A stretch of DNA of 64,000 nt from contig MU008170.1 in NCBI GenBank assembly GCA_010909165.1, forward strand, positions 806,001 to 870,000. The letters are read 5' to 3'. A model generated the notes under the pieces. That model was not told the origin of the DNA. It made no database searches and saw nothing but the letters and a program-made list of their open reading frames with translations. The DNA comes from Anthoceros angustus (lineage: Eukaryota > Plantae > Anthocerotophyta). The translations under genes were made by a program, and so were the position numbers. Positions 1 to 14,739 of this stretch are shown one piece after another. Within the stretch, counting starts at the first letter, position 1. The number at the start of each line of letters is the position of its first letter.

Positions 1-812
1 GCATACAAAAGCTTTGGTCCTTGTTTCTTCCTAGCCTTCATCACCCCACACATGCCTCTAACTTTTCATTGTTGCATCACCTCAACGCCTCTGTATCGCC
101 ACATTGAGATTTCGTAAAGTTTTCAAACATAGAATGTTGCTCAACTAAACTCACTTTCCTTCGCCAAAACTTTTGCCTTGTTAGTCTAACAAGAAATTCA
201 ATTGCCTTCTATTCCCTTATCCTTTGAGTGGCCCATACACTATGTATAAAGTTTTACGTTGGTACCAAAGTTCACCCTTGTCCATTCCTCATGATTCCTT
301 CTTCTTTACGCTAAGATTCTCGCCACCTTTCATAAAGCCTCTCAATGTCGGGCTGATTCCAATAAAATTAGACGTGGCTTGTCAATGACTCATGAAGTCA
401 CGACACATGCGCGTGTCCACCTACGTGCATGTCGTAGGCCCACTCATTGGCCATGCGCACATATGGACTCCGCCGAGGCTCATTGGAGATGAGCACATAT
501 GGGACATTGCCTCCATATGCATACATGCATGCTATGCTTGTAGCCTAGTTCTAGCTTCACATGCATAGATGCATGCTATATTGGCAACATATGGTTGGTT
601 ATTTATGTTCCAAGTAATCTTATGGAAAATATTTTCTAATTTAAAAACTTTCTAAATTAGTTAGGCAATGTAGGTCCTATATAAAGGTGAGGGCAATGGT
701 GAATAGTTGCAAGAGAATACTATTTATGCTCTAGCTTCTCTTGCCTTCTCTGCGCTTTGCACATCATTAAAGGCTCAAGTGAAGTAGCCTTCCTCCTTAT
801 CATTAAACGAGG

Positions 813-1164
813 ATGGACAAAACAAAGATGGCGATTAATAAATTAATGAAGTGCGCTCACACTAAAAGAATAGAAAATGATCTTGAAGGAGCAAAAACTT
901 GTTACTTCAAGCACAAAAACTTTTCCCAAGTATCTATTCGGTGAAGACAACACTTTCCTTGTTTAAATTTAATCACGTCCATGTCCATGTTTCCCTCTTC
1001 GTAGACGTAAATAGTGCACGTAGAACTAAACACACTAATTGTTCCTAATAATCGGGAATGAAGCGATATTACTTACCTCCTTGCCATCTTGGAGGTGGAA
1101 ATTGCAGCAAAACAAAATAAATTATCCTTGGGTTCATCAGTCCCATGTATAAGCGTGCAGGCTT
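813..1164 (+). pseudogene. J-protein gene copy truncated before the J domain (exon 1, intron, start of exon 2)
   Basis: MDKTKMAINKLMKCAH... exon and DITYLLAILEVEIAAKQNK are present. The sequence then jumps at GCAGGCTT (1157-1164) into a later part of the unit. Confidence 0.8.
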
Positions 1165-2434
1165 AAATGGTGTGTTCCGTTGTTCCCTCAGATTCCTTGG
1201 CTCGTGCAGCCTCTTCCTGGTGCCTCTCCTTTGCAGTGCCTTGCGAGAGCTCATTGGTGAAACCCAGCGTATGGGTGGCGGCGGTGAGCCATGTGTTAAG
1301 CTTGCCAAGGCGTCTTGCAGACCCAACTCCGGACCCTAGCTTCTCTTGCCGCTTGAGCTCACGCTTCTTGCTCGACCTTCTTCAACAATTTTGCCTTGTT
1401 TGCCTCGCCACTTTTACCTTGTCCCATAGCGTGTCGCCCTTCTTCTTGCCATGGATGGCGCTCCCACATTGTCCAAGATTGCTTTGTGACCCAAGAAAAC
1501 CGTTGCGAATGTTGTCCACCTCCCTCGCGTCTTGGTTCTCGCTCAACGACTTCGACTTGAAACCCCGGTGTCTGGTTTTAAAGCACTTCATCTTGTAGGT
1601 ACTTTGCACAATCTCCTTCTTACATACAATCTTTGGCATATGGCTTTGGTCCTTGTTTCTTCCTAGCCTTCATCACCCCACACATGCCTCTAACTTTTCA
1701 TTGTTGCATCACCTCAACGCCTGTATGCCACATTGAGATTTCGTAAAGTTTTCAAACATAGAATGTTGCTCAACTAAACTCACTTTCCTTCGCCAAAACT
1801 TTTGCCTTGTTAGTCTAACAAGAAATTCAATTGCCTTCTATTCTTATCCTTTGAGTGGCCCATACACTATGTATAAAGTTTTACATCGTTCGTGCAAAGT
1901 TCACCCTTGTCCATTCCTCATGATTCCTTCTTCTTTACGCTAAGATTCACGCCACCTTTCATAAAGCCTCTCAATGTGGGCTGATTCCAATAAAATTAGG
2001 CGTGGCTTGTCAATGACTCATGAAGTCACGACCTGTCGCGTGTCCACCTCGTGCATGTGCGTGAAGCATTGGCCATGCGCACATATGGACTCCGCCGCCG
2101 AGGCTCATTGGAGATGAGCACATATGGGACATTGCCTCCATATGCATACATGCTATGCTTGTAGCCTAGTTCCCTACCTTCACATGCATAGATGCATGCT
2201 ATATTGCAACATATGGTTGGTTATTTATGTTCCAAGTAATCTTATGGAAAATATTTTCTAATTTAAAAACTTTCTAAATTAGTTAGGCAATGTAGGTCCT
2301 ATATAAAGGTGAGGGCAATGGTGAATAGTTGCAAGAGAATACTATTTATGCTCTAGCTTCTCTTGCCTTCTCTGCGCTTTGCACATCATTAAAGGCTCAA
2401 GTGAAGTAGCCTTCCTCCTTATCATTAAACGAGG

Positions 2435-3188
2435 ATGGACAAAACAAAGATGGCGATTAATAAATTAATGAAGTGCGCTCACACTAAAAGAATAGAAAAT
2501 GATCTTGAAGGAGCAAAAACTTGTTACTTCAAGCACAAAAACTTTTCCCAAGTATCTATTCGGTGAAGACAACACTTTCCTTGTTTTCGTTAATACATGG
2601 CACGTCCATGTCCATGTTTCCCTCTTCGTAGACGTAAATAGTGCACGTAGAACTAAACACACTAATTGTTCCTAATAATCGGGAATGAAGCGATATTACT
2701 TACCTCCTTGCCATCTTGGAGGTGGAAATTGCAGCAAAACAAAATAAATTATCCTTGGGTTCAGTCCCATGTATAAGCGTGCAGGCTTCTCAAGTTGACC
2801 CACTTGCGGATGCGAATACCATTAAAAAGGTACAAGAACCTAGCTTTGCTACATCCGACAAGAACAAAGAAGATGGAGCTGCGAATGCTTTCCAACTAAT
2901 TTTAGAAGCACAAACTATTCTTTTGGATAAAGGTGCCGAGATTTTGATACTCAAATCCAAAAATCTCGCATGTCATACTAAGGCGTATGAGGAACTACTA
3001 CACCGCAAGGTTCCACAATAAAACTTCTTGCAAGGAGCATAATAATTTGCTGAAAAACTTAAAAAATTCAAAAAGCAAAATGAGTTCTACCAAGCACGTA
3101 ATCATAACGTTCCAACTCCAAGTTTTGAAGTTCAAAATTATTATTCTAAACAAAACCGGATAAACAATATTGTGATGAAGAGTATTAA
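2435..3188 (+). pseudogene. Two-exon type-C J-domain (DnaJ-like) gene copy, frameshifted as assembled
   Basis: Across frames it reads ENDLEGAK..AQKLFPSIYS / LLAILEVEIAAKQ / QVDPLADANTIKK..DKNKEDGAANAFQLILEAQTILLDK. This matches the plant J proteins with a helical N-terminus (DFxGAKK..KAQ.LYP..VDP.AD..TIKKQYRKLALLLHPDKNK). Confidence 0.75.
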
Positions 3189-5375
3189 AGTGCCACCCGG
3201 ATGCTACATGCATATAAATATAAAACTTCTTTAACATAACATGACATGCCCCATGATGAGCTCTTTGTTTTTTCTTTATACATAGTTTTATATGAGCGTT
3301 GTGAATTTGAGCTACATTAATAAAACATGTTTTTGTGTGAAAACTATGCATTATACTTGAAGAAAAATCATACGGTTTTCACTTACATATAATGTTAGAA
3401 AAATGTGCCTTTTGCACCTCTCACACCACACAAACACTCAAACTTCTGGGGCACTACAACTCCTATGTTATGCTCATGCAAAACAAGATACACTCATTCC
3501 AAAATGCATTTCGATGTGACCTCTTCACCTTGCCTCGTAGTTACTCGCCTTCTTTGGGGGTTAAATTTGTGATTGCGTTATAGTAGCACTGGCGGCAATT
3601 CAAGGGGTGGCGGTTCCGTGGCTTGGTTCCCTCCACCTCCTCTTCTCCTTTGAGTGTCCTCCACATCCACCTCGCGTTTGCCTCGTCTTTATGCTCTTCA
3701 AGATAATTTTGCAATCCAGCTCCTCATCGTCCACCACCTTCCTCACGGGAAGATGAAAAGTCCAGCAATTTGTTGGAACATGCGGCAATTCTCCCCTCCT
3801 CCCTTCCTCACCAATGCGAGCTTGCGGCTCCTGGTTTGAGGTATCTTTGCCTCAAGCTCGCTCCAATCCGTGATTCTACAACTCCTTGCTCCTACCGGGT
3901 TCTTTGGGGTTTGTAACTCTGCGCGTGCACGTCTGGGATTTGCGATTTCTTGGTGCTCTTTGTCCTCTCCTCCTAGATTGAAGTTGCCTTAGCCGAGTGT
4001 GCCTTCCCCTCTTGCTCTTCCTCCCGTGCTCCTTCGGCCTTCCTCCCTACCGCTTCTACCGAACGGTTTGGAATCAAAATTGCGGTTGCAGGCTTAAATG
4101 GTGTGTTCCGTTGTTCCCTCACAGATTCCTTGGCTCACTGAGCCTCTTCCCCTCTGGTGCCTCTCCTTTCGGTGTGCCTTGCGAGAGCTCACGTGAAACC
4201 CAGCGTATGGGTGGCGGCGGTGAGCCATGTGTATGAAGCTTGCCAAGGCGTCTTGCGCCCCAACTCGGACCCCTAGCTTCTCTTGCCGCTTGAGCTCTTC
4301 TTGCTCCTCGACCTTCTTCAACAATTTTGCCTTGTTTGCCTTACTTTTACCTTGTCCCATAGCGTGTCGCCCTTCTTCTTGCCATGGTGCGCCGCCTCCA
4401 CATTGTCCAAGATTGCTTTGTGACCCAAGAAAACCGTTGCGAATGTTGTCCACGCTCCTCCCTCGCGTCTTTGGTTCTCGCTTCACCGCGACTTGAAACC
4501 CGGCGTTCTGGTTTTAAAGCACTTCATCTTGTAGGTACTTTGCACAATCTCCTTCTTACATACAATCTTTGGCATACAAAAGCTTTGGTCCTTGTTTCTT
4601 CCTAGCCTTCATCACCCCACATGCCTCTAACTTTTCATTGTTGCATCACCTCAACGCTCTGTATCACATTGAGATTTGCGTAAAGTTTTCAAACATAGAA
4701 TGTTGCTCAACTAAACTCACTTTCCTTCGCCAAAACTTTTGCCTTGTTAGTCTAACAAGAAATTCAGCATTGCCTCTATTCCCTTATCCTTTGAGTGGCC
4801 CATACACTATGTATAAAGTTTTGGTTAGTAGTTCACCCTTGTCCAGATTCCTCATGATTCTTCTTCTTTACGCTAAGATTCTCCACCTTTCATAAAGCCT
4901 CTCAATGTGCCGGTGATTCCAATAAAATTAGACGTGGCTTGTCAATGACTCATGAAGTCACACGACCTCGTGTCCACCTACGTGCATGTCGTAGGCCCAC
5001 TCATTGGCCATGCGCACATATGGACTCCGCCCGAGGCTCATTGGAGATGAGCACATATGGGACATTGCCTCCATATGCATACATGCATGCTATGCTTGTA
5101 GCCTAGTTCCCTACCTTCACATGCATAGATGCATGCTATATTGCAACATATGGTTGGTTATTTATGTTCCAAGTAATCTTATGGAAAATATTTTCTAATT
5201 TAAAAACTTTCTAAATTAGTTAGGCAATGTAGGTCCTATATAAAGGTGAGGGCAATGGTGAATAGTTGCAAGAGAATATTATTTATGCTGCTCTAGCTTC
5301 TCTTGCCTTCTCTGCGCTTTGCACATCATTAAAGGCTCAAGTGAAGTAGCCTTCCTCCTTATCATTAAAGCGAGG

Positions 5376-6132
5376 ATGGACAAAACAAAGATGGCGATTA
5401 ATAAATTAATGAAGTGCGCTCACACTAAAAGAATAGAAAATGATCTTGAAGGAGCAAAAACTTGTTACTTCAAGCACAAAAACTTTTCCCAAGTATCTAT
5501 TCGGTGAAGACAACACTTTCCTTGTTTGTCGTTAATACACATGGCGTCCATGTCCATGTTTCCCTCTTTCGTGCGAGGCGTAAATAGTGCACGTAGAACT
5601 AAACACACTAATTGTTCCTAATAATCGGAATGAGCGATATTACTTACCTCCTTGCCATCTTGGAGGTGGAAATTGCAGCAAAACAAAATAAATTATCCTT
5701 GGGTTCATCAGTCCCATGTATAACTGATACGGGCTTCTCAAGTTGACCCACTTGCGGATGCGAATACCATTAAAAAGGTACAAGAACCTAGCTTTGCTGC
5801 TCGACAAGAACAAAGAAGATGGAGCTGCGAATGCTTTCCAACTAATTTTAGAAGCACAAACTATTCTTTTGGATAAAGGTGCCGAGAGATTTTGATACTC
5901 AAATCCAAAAATCTCGCATGTCATACATGATGAGGGAACTACTACAAGCGGTTCCACAATAAAACTTCTTGCAAGGAGCATAATAATTTGCTGAAAAACT
6001 TAAAAATTCAAAAACAGCAAAATGAGTTCTACCAACGACGTAATCATAACGTTCCAACTCCAAGTTTTGTGAAGTTCAAAATTATTATTCTAAACAAAAT
6101 CGGATAAACAATATTGTGATGAAGAGTATTAA
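5376..6132 (+). pseudogene. Two-exon J-domain gene copy, frameshifted as assembled
   Basis: Same exon 1, intron and exon 2 as the 2435 copy; ends ...CDEEY-TAA. Confidence 0.75.
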
Positions 6133-9100
6133 AGTGCCACCGGATGCTACATGCATATAAATATAAAACTTCTTTAACATAACATGACATGCCCCATGCG
6201 TGAGCTCTTTGTTTTTCTTTATACATAGTTTTATATGAAGCGTTGTGAATTTGAGCTACATTAATAAAACATGTTTTTGTGTGAAAACTATGCATTATAC
6301 TTGAAGAAAAATCATACGGTTTTCACTTACATATAATGTTAGAAAAATGTGCCTTTTGCAAGCACCTCTCACACCACACAAACACTCAAACTTCTGGGCA
6401 CTACAACTCCTATGTTATGCTCATGCAAAACAAGATACACTCATTCCAAAATGCATTTCGATGTGACCTCTTACGCCTTGCCAGTTACTCGCCTTCTTTG
6501 GGGGTTAAATTTGTGATGCGTTATAGTAGCCCCGCGGCAATTCAAGGGTGGCGGTTCTGACGCTTGGTTCCACTCCACCTCCTCTTCTCCTTTGAGTGTC
6601 CTCCACATCCACCTCCGCGTTTGCCTCGTCTTTATGCTCTTCAACCGATAATTTTTGCAATCCAGCTCCTCATCGTCTGACCCACCTTCCTCAGGAAGAT
6701 GAAAAGTCCAGCAATTTGTTGGAACATGCGGCAATTCTCCCCCTCCTCCCTTCCTCACCAATGCGAGCTTGCGGCTCTGGTTTGAGGTATCTTTGCCTCA
6801 AGCTCGCTCCTATCCGTGATTCTACAACTCCTTCTTGCTCCTACACGGGTTCTTTGGGGTTTGTAATTTCTCTTGGCGTGCCTTTGATCTGGGATCTGCG
6901 ATTTCTTGGTGCTCTTTGTCCTCTCCTCCTAGATTGAAGTTGCCTTAGCCGAGTGTGCCTTCCCCTCTTGCTCTTCCTCCCGTGCTCCTTGGCCTTCCTC
7001 CCTACCCGCTTCTACCGAAAGGTTTTGGAATCAAAATTGCGGTTGCGGGCTTAAATGGTGTGTTCCGTTGTTCCCTCACAGTTCCTTGGCTCGTGCAGCC
7101 TCTTCCCCTCTGGTGCCTCTCCTTTGCAGTGTGTGCCTTGCGAGCTCCGGTGAAACCCAGCGTATGGGTGGCGGCGGTGAGCCATGTGTATGAAGCTTGC
7201 CAAGGCGTCTTGCAGCCGACCCAACTCCGGACCCCTAGCTTCTCTTGCCGCTTGAGCTCGCTTCTTGCTCCTCGACCTTCTTCAACAATTTTGCCTTGTT
7301 TGCCTCGCCACTTTTACCTTGTCCCATAGCGTGTCGCCTTCTTCTTGCACACCATGGCTGGCGCCTCCACATTGTCCAAGATTGCTTTGTGACCCAAGAA
7401 AACCGTTGCGAATGTTGTCCACGCTCCTCCCTCGCGTCGGTTCTCGCTTCAGCGACTCGACTTGAAACCCGGCCGTGTCTCGGTTTTAAAGCACTTCATC
7501 TTGTAGGTACTTTGCACAATCTCCTTCTTACATACAATCTTTGGCATACAAAAGCTTTGGTCCTTGTTTCTTCCTAGCCTTCATCACCCCACATGCCTCT
7601 AACTTTTCATTGTTGCATCACCTCAACGCTCTGTATACATTGAGATTTCGTAAAAGTTTTCAAACATAGAATGTTGCTCAACTAAACTCACTTTCCTTCG
7701 CCAAAACTTTTGCCTTGTTAGTCTAACAAGAAATTCAGCCGGTTGCCTTCTATTCCCTTATCCTTTGAGTGGCCCATACACTATGTATAAAGTTTTACCG
7801 TTCGTGCCAAAGTTCACCCTTGTCCAGATTCCTTGGCTCGGCGTAGCCTCTTCCCCTCGGTGCCTCTCCTTTGCAGGCGTGTGCCTTGCGAGCTCAGTGA
7901 AACCCAGCGTATGGGTGGCGGTGAGTGAGCCATGTGTATGAAGCTTGCCAAGGCGTCTTGCGACCCAACTCCGGACCCCTAGCTTCTCTTGCCCGCTTGA
8001 GCTCGCTTGCTCCTCGACCTTCTTCAACAATTTTGCCTTGTTTGCCTCCACTTTTACCTTGTCCCATAAGCCCTTCTTCTTGCATGCCATGCTGGCGCCT
8101 CCACATTGTCCAAGATTGCTTTGTGACCCAAGAAAACCGTTGCGAATGTTGTCCACTCCTCCCTCGCGTCTGGTTCTCGCTTGACTCGCGACTTGAAACC
8201 CGGTGTCTCGGTTTTAAAGCACTTCATCTTGTAGGTACTTTGCACAATCCTTCTTACATACAATCTTTGGCATACAAAAGCTTTGGTCCTTGTTTCTTCC
8301 TAGCCTTCATCACCCCACACATGCCTCTAACTTTTCATTGTTGCATCACCTCAACGCTCTGTATGCGCCACATTGAGATTTGCGTAAAAGTTTTCAAACA
8401 TAGAATGTTGCTCAACTAAACTCACTTTCCTTCGCCAAAACTTTTGCCTTGTTAGTCTAACAAGAAATTCAGCCGGTTGCCTTCTATTCCCTTATCCTTT
8501 TGAGTGGCCCATACACTATGTATAAAGTTTTTTCGTTAAAGTTCACCCTTGTCCAGATTCCTTGGCTCGGCGTAGCCTCTTCCCCTCGGTGCCTCTCCTT
8601 TGCAGGCGTGTGCCTTGCGAGCTCAGTGAAACCCAGCGTATGGGTGGCGGTGAGTGAGCCATGTGTATGAAGCTTGCCAAGGCGTCTTGCGACCCAACTC
8701 CGGACCCCTAGCTTCTCTTGCCCGCTTGAGCTCGCTTGCTCCTCGACCTTCTTCAACAATTTTGCCTTGTTTGCCTCCACTTTTACCTTGTCCCATAGCG
8801 TGTCGCCTTCTTCTTGCATGCCATGCTGGCGCCTCCCACATTGTCCAAGATTGCTTTGTGACCCAAGAAAACCGTTGCGAATGTTGTCCACTCCTCCCTC
8901 GCGTCTGGTTCTCGCTTACGACTGACTTGAAACCCGGCCGTGTCTCGGTTTTAAAGCACTTCATCTTGTAGGTACTTTGCACAATCCTTCTTACATACAA
9001 TCTTTGGCATACAAAAGCTTTGGTCCTTGTTTCTTCCTAGCCTTCATCACCCCACACATGCCTCTAACTTTTCATTGTTGCATCACCTCAACGCTCTGTA

Positions 9101-9902
9101 TGCGCCACATTGAGATTTGCGTAAAAGTTTTCAAACATAGAATGTTGCTCAACTAAACTCACTTTCCTTCGCCAAAACTTTTGCCTTGTTAGTCTAACAA
9201 GAAATTCAGCCATTGCCTTCTATTCCTTATCCTTTTGAGTGGCCCATACACTATGTATAAAGTTTTTGCGTTGTCCAAAGTTCACCCTTGTCCATTCCTC
9301 ATGATTCCTTCTTCTTCGCTAAGATTCTCGCCACCTTTCATAAAGCCTCTCAATGTGTGGTGATTCCAATAAAATTAGACGTGGCTTGTCAATGACTCAT
9401 GAAGTCACGACCTGCGCGTGTCCACCTACGTGCATGTGCGTAGGCCCACTCATTGGCCATGCGCACATATGGACTCCGCCGAGGCTCATTGGAGATGAGC
9501 ACATATGGGACATTGCCCTCCATATGCATACATGCATGCTATGCTTGTAGCCTAGTTCCTAGCTTCACATGCATAGATGCATGCTATATTAGCAACATAT
9601 GGTTGGTTATTTATGTTCCAAGTAATCTTATGGAAAATATTTTCTAGCTTTTGCATAGATGCATGCTATATTAAACATATGGTTGGTTATTTATGTTCCA
9701 AGTAATCTTATGGAAAATATTTTCTAATTTAAAAACTTTCTAAATTAGTTAGGCAATGTAGGTCCTATATAAAGGTGAGGCAATGGTGAATAGTTGCAAG
9801 AGAATATTATTTATGCTGCTCTAGCTTCTCTTGCCTTCTGCTTTGCACATCATTAAAGGCTCAAGTGAAGTAGCCTTCCTCCTTATCATTAAAGCAACGA
9901 GG

Positions 9903-10658
9903 ATGGACAAAACAAAGATGGCGATTAATAAATTAATGAAGTGCGCTCACACTAAAAGAATAGAAAATGATCTTGAAGGAGCAAAAACTTGTTACTTCAA
10001 GCACAAAAACTTTTCCCAAGTATCTATTCGGTGAAGACAACACTTTCCTTGTTTTTGTCTAATACATGGCGTCCATGTCCATGTTTCCCTCTTTCGTGCG
10101 AGGCGTAAATAGTGCACGTAGAACTAACACACTAATTGTTCCTTATAATCGGAATGAACGATATTACTTACCTCCTTGCCATCTTGGAGGTGGAAATTGC
10201 AGCAAAACAAAATAAATTATCCTTGGGTTCATCGGGTCCCATGTATAATGCGGGCTTCTCAAGTTGACCCACTTGCGGATCGAATACCATTAAAAAGGTA
10301 CAAGAACCTAGCTTTGCTGCTACATCCGACAAGAACAAAGAAGATGGAGCTGCGAATGCTTTCCAACTAATTTTAGAAGCACAAACTATTCTTTTGGATA
10401 AAGGTGCGAGATTTTGATACTCAAATCCAAAAATCTCGCATGTCATAAAGGCGTATGAGGAACTACTACACAGGTTCCACAATAAAACTTCTTGCAAGGA
10501 GCATAATAATTTGCTGAAAAACTTAAAAATTCAAAAACAACAAAATGAGTTCTACCAACGGCGTAATCATAACGTTCCAACTCCAAGTTTTGACGAAGTT
10601 CAAAATTATTATTCTAAACAAAATGCGGGATAAACAATATTGTGATGAAGAGTATTAA
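9903..10658 (+). pseudogene. Two-exon J-domain gene copy, frameshifted as assembled
   Basis: ORF track gives RIPLKRYKNLALLLHPTRTKK (HPD broken by a 1-nt indel); same exon structure. Confidence 0.75.
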
Positions 10659-11720
10659 AAATTACTTGGATGCTACATGCATATAAATATAAAACTTCTT
10701 TAACATAACATGACATGCCCCATGATGCGGTGAGCTCTTTGTTTTTCTTTATACATAGTTTTATATGAGCGTTGTGAATTTGAGCTACATTAATAAAACA
10801 TGTTTTGTGTGAAAACTATGCATTATACTTGAAGAAAAATCATACGGTTTTCACTTACATATAATGTTAGAAAAATGTGCCTTTTGCAAGCACCTCTCAC
10901 ACCACACAAACACTCAAACTTCTGGGGCACTACAACTCCTATGTTATGCTCATGCAAAACAAGATACACTCATTCAAAATGCATTTCGATGTGACCTCTT
11001 ACGCCTTGCCTCGTTACGCCTTCTTTGGGGGTTAAATTTGTGCTTGCGTTATGGTACGCCAGCAATTCAAGGGGTGGCGGTTCTGGCTGGTTCCACTCCA
11101 CCTCCTCTTCTCCTTTGAGTGTCCTCCACATCCACCTCCACGTTTGCCTCGTCTTTATGCTCTTCAATGATAATTTTGCAATCCAGCTCCTCCTTGACCC
11201 ACCTTTCATAAAGCCTCTCAATTCGGGCTGATTCCAATAAAATTAGGCGTGGCTTGTCAATGACTCATGAAGTCACGACAGCTGCGTGTCCACCTACGTG
11301 CATGTGCGTAGGCCCATTGGCCATGCGCACATATGGACTCCGCCGAGGCTCATTGGAGATGAGCACATATGGGACATTGCCTCCATATGCATACATGCAT
11401 GCTATGCTTGTAGCCTAGTGCTACATGCATGCTATGCTTGTAGCCTAGTTCCTAGCTTCACATGCATATAGATGCATGCTATATTGGCGCAACATATGGT
11501 TGGTTATTTATGTTCCAAGTAATCTTATGGAAAATATTTTCTAATTTAAAAACTTTCTAAATTAGTTAGGCAATGTAGGTCCTATATAAAGGTGAGGCAA
11601 TGGTGAATAGTTGCAAGAGAATACTATTTATCTGCTCTAGCTTCTCTTGCCTTCTCTGCTTTGCACATCATTAAAGGCTCAAGTGAAGTAGCCTTCCTCC
11701 TTATCATTAAAGTGACGAGG

Positions 11721-12470
11721 ATGGACAAAACAAAGATGGCGATTAATAAATTAATGAAGTGCCACACTAAAAGAATAGAAAATGATCTTGAAGGAGCAAA
11801 AACTTGTTACTTCAAGCACAAAAACTTTTCCCAAGTATCTATTCGTGAAGACAACACTTTCCTTGTTTCATCGTTACACATGGCGTCCATGTCCATGTTT
11901 CCCCTCTTTCGTGCGAGACGTAAATAGTGCACGAGAACTAAACACACTAATTGTTCCTAATAATCGGAATGAACGATATTACTTACCTCCTTGCCATCTT
12001 GGAGGTGGAAATTGCAGCAAAACAAAATAAATTATCCTTGGGTTCATCAGTCCCATGTATAATGCGGGCTTCTCAAGTTGACCCACTTGCGATGCGAATA
12101 CCATTAAAAAGGTACAAGAACCTAGCTTTGCTGCTACATCCCGACAAGAACAAAGAAGATGGAGCGAATGCTTTCCAACTAATTTTAGAAGCACAAACTA
12201 TTCTTTTGGATAAAGGTGCCAGAGATTTTGATACTCAAATCCAAAAATCTCGCATGTCATAAGGCGATGAGGGAACTACTACGCGTTCCACAATAAAACT
12301 TCTTGCAAGGAGCATAATAATTTGCTGAAAAACTTAAAAATTCAAAAACAACAAAATGAGTTCTACCAACGACGTAATCATAACGTTCCAACTCCAAGTT
12401 TTGACGAAGTTCAAAATTATTATTCTAAACAAGAGTACCGGATAAACAATATTGTGATGAAGAGTATTAA
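11721..12470 (+). pseudogene. Two-exon J-domain gene copy
   Basis: ORF 11951-12262 contains RYKNLALLLHPDKNKEDGANAFQLILEAQTILLDK with an intact HPD motif. Confidence 0.8.
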
Positions 12471-13006
12471 AGTGCCACCGGATGCTACATGCATATAAAT
12501 ATAAAACTTCTTTAACATAACATGACATGCCCCATGATGGTGAGCTCTTTGTTTTTCTTTATACATAGTTTTATATGAACGTTGTGAATTTGAGCTACAT
12601 TAATAAAACATGTTTTTGTGTGAAAACTATGCATTATACTTGAAGAAAAATCATACGGTTTTCACTTACATATAATGTTAGAAAAATGTGCCTTTTGCAA
12701 GCACCTCTCACACCACACAAACACTCAAACTTCTACGGGCACTACAACTCCTATGTTATGCTCATGCAAAACAAGATACACTCATTCAAAATGCATTTCG
12801 ATGTGACCTCTTACGCCTTGCCTCGTTACGCCTTCTTTGGGGGTTAAATTTGTGCTTGCGTTATGGTACGCCAGCAATTCAAGGGGTGGCGGTTCTGGCT
12901 GGTTCCACTCCACCTCCTCTTCTCCTTTGAGTGTCCTCCACATCCACCTCCACGTTTGCCTCGTCTTTATGCTCTTCAATGATAATTTTGCAATCCAGCT
13001 CCTCCT

Positions 13007-13403
13007 TGACCCACTTGCGATGAATACCATTAAAAAGGTACAAGAACCTAGCTTTGCTGCTACATCCCGACAAGAACAAAGAAGATGGAGCTAATGCTTT
13101 CCAACTAATTTTAGAAGCACAAACTATTCTTTTGGATAAAAGGTGCGAGATTTTGATACTCAAATCCAAAAATCTCGCATGTCATACTAAGGCGTATGAG
13201 GGAAACACCGCAAGCGTTCCACAATAAAACTTCTTGCAAGGAGCATAATAATTTGCTGAAAAACTTAAAAATTCAAAAACAAAGCAAAATGAGTTCTACC
13301 AACGACGTAATCATAACGTTCCAACTCCAAGTTTTGACGAAGTTCAAAATTATTATTCTAAACAAGAGTACCGGATAAACAATATTGTGATGAAGAGTAT
13401 TAA
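13007..13403 (+). pseudogene. 5'-truncated J-domain exon copy
   Basis: Entered through the TGACCCAC junction at 13007-13014; lacks exon 1. Confidence 0.75.
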
Positions 13404-14332
13404 AGTGCCACCGGATGCTACATGCGCATATAAATATAAAACTTCTTTAACATAACATGACATGCCCCATGAGAGCTCTTTGTTTTTCTTTATACATAGT
13501 TTTATATGAACGTTGTGAATTTGAGCTACATTAATAAAACATGTTTTTGTGTGAAAACTATGCATTATACTTGAAGAAAAATCATACGGTTTTCACTTAC
13601 ATATAATGTTAGAAAAATGTGCCTTGCAAGCACCTCTCACACCACACAAACACTCAAACTTACGGGCACTACAACTCCTATGTTATGCTCATGCAAAACA
13701 AGATACACTCATTCCAAAAATGCATTTCGATGTGACCTCTTGCCTTGCCTCGTAGTTACTCGCCTTCTTTGGGGGTTAAATTTGTGATTGCGTTATGGTA
13801 AGGCCACAAAGGCAATTCAAGGGTGGCGGTTCTGACGCTTGGTTCCACTCCACCTCCTCTTCTCCTTTGAGTGTCCTCCACATCCACCTCCGCGTTTGCC
13901 TCGCCTTTATGCTCTTCAACCGATAATTTTGCAATCCGGGCTCCTCACTACCCACCTTCCTCAGGAAGATGAAAAGTCCAACAATTTGTTGGAACATGCT
14001 GCAATTCTCCCCTCCTCCCTTCCTCACCAATGCGAGCTTGCGGCTCTGGTTTGAGGTATCTTTGCCTCAAGCTCGCTCCAATCCGCTGTGATTCCACAAC
14101 TCCTTGCTGCTCCTACACCGGGTTGCTGGGGTTTGTAATTTCTCGGTGCGCGTGCACTGGGCTGCTGGGATTTGCGATTTCTTGGTGCTCTTTAAAGAGT
14201 CCTCTCCTCCTAGATTGAAGTTGCCTTAGCCGAGAGTGTGCCTTCCCCCTCTTGCTCTTCCTCCCTGTGCTCCTTCTGGCCTTCCTCCCTACCCGCTTCT
14301 ACCGAACGGTTTTGGAATCAAAAATTGCGGTT

Positions 14333-14739
14333 GCAGGCTTCTCAAGTTGACCCACTTGCATGCGAATACCATTAAAAAGGTACAAGAACCTAGCTTTGCT
14401 GCTACATCCCGACAAGAACAAAGAAGATGGAGTCAATGCTTTCCAACTAATTTTAGAAGCACAAACTATTCTTTTGGATAAAAGGTGCCGAGAGATTTTG
14501 ATACTCAAATCCAAAAATCTCGCATGTCATACTAAGGCGTATGAGGAACTACTACGCAAGCGGTTCCACAATAAAACTTCTTGCAAGGAGCATAATAATT
14601 TGCTGAAAAACTTAAAAATTCAAAAACAGCAAAATGAGTTCTACCAACGACGTAATCATAACGTTCCAACTCCAAGTTTTGAAGTTCAAAATTATTATTC
14701 TAAACAACGGATAAACAATATTGTGATGAAGAGTATTAA
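14333..14739 (+). pseudogene. 5'-truncated J-domain exon copy
   Basis: Entered through the GCAGGCTT junction at 14333-14340; ORF 14360-14782 has LALLLHPDKNKEDG. Confidence 0.75.
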
